Positions 17,776-20,000 of a DNA stretch of 20,000 nucleotides are shown piece after piece. The notes under the pieces are model-generated. The model searched no databases, had not been told where the DNA came from, and saw only the letters and a list, made by a program, of their open reading frames with translations. Origin of the DNA: an uncultured virus (IMG/VR IMGVR_UViG_3300042883_000924) (Duplodnaviria > Heunggongvirae > Uroviricota > Caudoviricetes). How positions within the stretch are numbered: position 1 is the stretch's first letter; each line of letters opens with the position of its first letter. The DNA lies in the IMG/VR virus record IMGVR_UViG_3300042883_000924; one strand, written 5' to 3'. A program made the translations under genes and the position numbers.

Positions 17776-18450
17776 TTATATTGGTTTAAAGGCGTTTCTA
17801 GCGTTTTCTAATTCGTTCTGATATTTATTACTAATCTTGGAAGAAGATGGCTGCATTGGCTTCTTTACGGCATCCACAACCCATCTCTTAATAGTTAGGT
17901 AATCTGATTTTGTTTTATAGGATTTTTCAACTTTATAGGAAGAAAGAAAATCAAAACATTTCTGAACAATATCTTCCCCAAATTCTAAATCAAGTTTTAT
18001 TTTTTCTTTTTCAAGCAAAGAAATATTATGCCTGTATTTTATTTCCTTTATTTCCTTTCCTTTCCTTTCCTTTATAGCATTACTATCGGATTGCGGTTGC
18101 AATGCGTTCGCATTATTCCATCTCTTATTAGCTGATTCTCTTGCTTTTATGCTTTTATCATTTCTTTCATCTAGTCTTTTTTGTACTGATAGACTTCCAA
18201 ATGTATTAACATCAAAAACAAATAAATCAAAATCATTTATTACAGAAAAAACAGTGTCGCTATCTGACCTTAAATCATACGCAATACCATCGTAATCCAA
18301 TCGCAATGCGTTCGCATTATTATATAAATCTTCAACTATAGACCAAAACACGCCATATCCTTGCATGCCATGTTTTCTAATAAGCCTTTTTATCTTTTCG
18401 TCATTACGAGCATTATAGTCGTGAGAAAAGTAGAATGTGTCTTTTGGCAT
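17776..18450 (-). CDS. Replication initiator-like protein, DUF4373/Lin1244-type N-terminal domain (224 aa)
   Basis: YFSHDYNARNDEKI..L....G..GYGVFW.IVE.L N-terminus, repeat-rich middle linker and C-terminal KSDYLTIKRWV; lies directly upstream of the helicase. Confidence 0.8.
   Translation of the reverse strand: MPKDTFYFSHDYNARNDEKIKRLIRKHGMQGYGVFWSIVEDLYNNANALRLDYDGIAYDLRSDSDTVFSVINDFDLFVFDVNTFGSLSVQKRLDERNDKSIKARESANKRWNNANALQPQSDSNAIKERKGKEIKEIKYRHNISLLEKEKIKLDLEFGEDIVQKCFDFLSSYKVEKSYKTKSDYLTIKRWVVDAVKKPMQPSSSKISNKYQNELENARNAFKPI
18037..18321. repeat. Iteron-like repeats plus (TTTCC)n tract within the initiator gene; candidate replication origin
   Basis: Exact 19-bp repeat gcaatgcgttcgcattatt at 18099-18117 and 18303-18321, each containing the palindrome AATGCG-nn-CGCATT; tttcc repeats at about 18051-18073. 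Confidence 0.65.
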
Positions 18451-18459
18451 TTTATATGC

Positions 18460-18657
18460 TTAATCGTTAATAAAATCGGTTTTCAACGCCTCGTTAATAC
18501 GAGTTATTTCGGCATCGGTAAATAATAATTTACCTTGCATCTTTCGTGATAATTCCGATTCTGGGATTTTAGCATTTAGTGATAACCACCTTTGTGTACG
18601 CCCATCTAAAGCCTCTTTAATTCTCTCGTGGAGTCTTAATTCAGTTTTGATTTCCAT
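18460..18657 (-). CDS. Small Cro/XRE-like HTH regulator (65 aa)
   Basis: TQRWLS...IPESELSRKMQGK..FT..EI..I pattern; first gene after the leftward promoter. Confidence 0.75.
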   Translation of the reverse strand: MEIKTELRLHERIKEALDGRTQRWLSLNAKIPESELSRKMQGKLLFTDAEITRINEALKTDFIND

Positions 18658-18682
18658 AAATTTGTTTTTGATTATTGAGGAA

Positions 18683-18713
18683 CAAAAATAGTCTTATTTT
18701 TTACATCCCCAAA
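18683..18713 (-). promoter_or_regulatory. Leftward Bacteroidota sigma70-type promoter
   Basis: Minus strand TTTG (18713-18710), 19-nt spacer, TATTTTTG (18690-18683); matches the -33/-7 consensus. Confidence 0.8.
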
Positions 18714-18739
18714 TATTTTTAACTTTTTTTTAAAATTAT

Positions 18740-18769
18740 TTTGTGTTTTAATTAAATTAATTATCTTTG
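18740..18769 (+). promoter_or_regulatory. Rightward Bacteroidota sigma70-type promoter
   Basis: TTTG (18740-18743), 18-nt spacer, TATCTTTG (18762-18769), 20 nt before the ATG at 18790. Confidence 0.78.
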
Positions 18770-18789
18770 CTAAAACATTAAAACAAAAA

Positions 18790-19023
18790 ATGAGTCAAAA
18801 ATTACAGGTGCTTAATCACCTTAAAAAAGCAACCCTAACACCATTAGTGGCATTAAGAAATTATGGTACATTTAGATTAGCGGCTATTATATTTAATCTT
18901 CGTGATGAAGGTTATATAATTGAAACTAATAGCACTAATGTAGGTACAAAGAAAAAACCTAAATATGTAGCTAATTATAAATTGATTACGGCAGAGCAAA
19001 ATAATAAACAAGATGGCATATAG
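18790..19023 (+). CDS. Winged HTH protein (HTH_39-like, 77 aa)
   Basis: SQK.QVLNHL....LTPL.AL..YG.FRLAA.I..LR..GY.I.T signature, with C-terminal VANYKL. Confidence 0.8.
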   Translation: MSQKLQVLNHLKKATLTPLVALRNYGTFRLAAIIFNLRDEGYIIETNSTNVGTKKKPKYVANYKLITAEQNNKQDGI

Positions 19024-19522
19024 TACAATAATAGTTAAGAAAAAACAACTTAAATGTGGTTGTTATGATTACAACTTTAGCAAGAGCAGATGTAAAAAAC
19101 ACGCAACACTTGAGGATACAGCTAATAGAATAATAAAATATAGGCACGAAAATATAAAAGAAGATAAAGAGCAATTATGGGATTGGTTTAAAGAAAAAAG
19201 AAAAGAAATGAAGGGAGTATGTTCTAATTGCAATAATCCATCATCAAAAAAAGATGATGAAAAATTTCACTACAGCATAGCGCATATATTGCCAAAAAGA
19301 TTATTCCCATCGGTAGCCACGCATCCGGACAATTGGATTGAACTTTGTTTTTGGGGCAATAGTTGCCATACTAATTTTGATAACAGTGTAATTGACCTTA
19401 TAGATATGAATTGCTTTGATGAAATAATAGAAAAATTTATAAGGATATATCCAAATGTTGCAGAAGAAGAAAAAAGAAAAATACCACAAATATTGATTGA
19501 ATACTATAACCAAAACAAATAA
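19013..19522 (+). CDS. HNH/NinG-like Zn-binding nuclease (169 aa)
   Basis: CSNC...AHILPK..FPSVATHPDNWIELC....CHTNFD beta-beta-alpha-Me pattern plus N-terminal CGC...C..H; C-terminus is YYNQNK. Confidence 0.7.
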   Translation: MAYSTIIVKKKQLKCGCYDYNFSKSRCKKHATLEDTANRIIKYRHENIKEDKEQLWDWFKEKRKEMKGVCSNCNNPSSKKDDEKFHYSIAHILPKRLFPSVATHPDNWIELCFWGNSCHTNFDNSVIDLIDMNCFDEIIEKFIRIYPNVAEEEKRKIPQILIEYYNQNK

Positions 19523-19525
19523 CCT

Positions 19526-19612
19526 ATGAAACAGTTAGATATACTAATGATGATTATTATAACTTGGGTAATTGGATTTTTAACAGGATATTTTAAAGCT
19601 AAAAACAAATAA
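19526..19612 (+). CDS. Single-transmembrane microprotein (28 aa)
   Basis: MKQLDILMMIIITWVIGFLTGYFKAKNK*; exactly fills the space between junction repeats 1 and 2; hydrophobic core and basic C-terminus. Confidence 0.75.
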   Translation: MKQLDILMMIIITWVIGFLTGYFKAKNK

Positions 19613-19615
19613 CCT

Positions 19616-19894
19616 ATGAAAAGATTATTTATTTATTTACTTAAAAAATATAGTAAAAAAGAATCTGATAGAATTATTATCTATAATGAATTATGGGAAA
19701 GTTTAACTAATGAGTATAATGAACAAAATAATTATGGAAATATTTATAATATGAATATTGAATTTATTATGTCAAATCATTTTATAAATAAAGCTGTAAT
19801 TTCTGAAGATGATATTTCAATAAAAATGATTAAAGGATGTTTAGCAGAGTCATTTAATCATTCATTGATTTATATTAAAAACCAAAACAAATAA
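19616..19894 (+). CDS. Hypothetical protein (92 aa), repeat-flanked cassette
   Basis: Starts and ends within junction repeats 2 and 3; ends NQNK; very AT-rich. Confidence 0.75.
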   Translation: MKRLFIYLLKKYSKKESDRIIIYNELWESLTNEYNEQNNYGNIYNMNIEFIMSNHFINKAVISEDDISIKMIKGCLAESFNHSLIYIKNQNK

Positions 19895-19897
19895 CCT

Positions 19898-20000
19898 ATG
19901 AAAACAGCAATGCAAGAAGCAATAGAACTTGTAAAAGAGTATAACAATAGAATAATACCTTATAATGTTTTATTGGGTAATTTAGAACTATTACTTGAAA
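19898..20000 (+). CDS. Hypothetical protein, truncated by the window edge (MKTAMQEAIELVKEYNNRIIPYNVLLGNLELLLE...)
   Basis: ATG inside junction repeat 3; frame open to the window end. Confidence 0.7.
   Translation, partial: MKTAMQEAIELVKEYNNRIIPYNVLLGNLELLLE

Larger units (their letters stand above)
19508..19903 (+). repeat. Gene-junction direct repeat (AACC)AAAACAAATAACCTATGAAA, three copies
   Basis: 24-bp copies at 19508-19531 and 19880-19903 and a 20-bp core copy at 19602-19621; each spans the stop codon, CCT and the next ATG. Confidence 0.92.

Noticed and set aside
18986..19513. Minus-strand ORFs 18986-19174 and 19301-19513
   Set aside because: Antisense shadows of the nuclease gene.
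19508..19903. Junction repeats as a CRISPR array
   Set aside because: Spacing is unequal and gene-sized, the repeat is non-palindromic and contains stop and start codons, and no cas genes are present.
1..20000. Stop-codon reassignment as in some crAss-like phages
   Set aside because: The standard code gives near-complete gene coverage, and TAG terminates genes at tight junctions (7931, 12717, 13361).

Overview
AT-rich segment of a dsDNA podovirus-type phage genome. A Bacteroidota host is inferred from TTTG-N18/19-TAnnTTTG promoters and A-rich, Shine-Dalgarno-less start regions. A back-to-back promoter pair at about 18.7 kb drives two arms. Leftwards on the minus strand lie a Cro-like HTH, a DUF4373-type replication initiator carrying iteron-like repeats, a BT4734/VirE_N-PriCT-SF4 primase-helicase, SSB, two small proteins, GroES and a terminator. 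These are followed by a tandem GroES-like protein, three crAss/phi14:2-like tail ring proteins, a tail stabilisation (nozzle) protein, a GNAT-like protein, two ejection-type proteins and a giant internal virion protein (>1789 aa, runs off the left edge, missed by the ORF track) with an HExxH zincin domain. Rightwards lie an HTH protein, an HNH/NinG-like nuclease and the start of an array of small genes joined by an identical 20-24 bp junction repeat. The most notable observations are (1) a protein-like 62-aa gene overprinted in the +1 frame inside the giant virion gene and (2) the repeat-delimited, cassette-like small-gene array at the right end. Family assignments come from motif recognition, not database searches.
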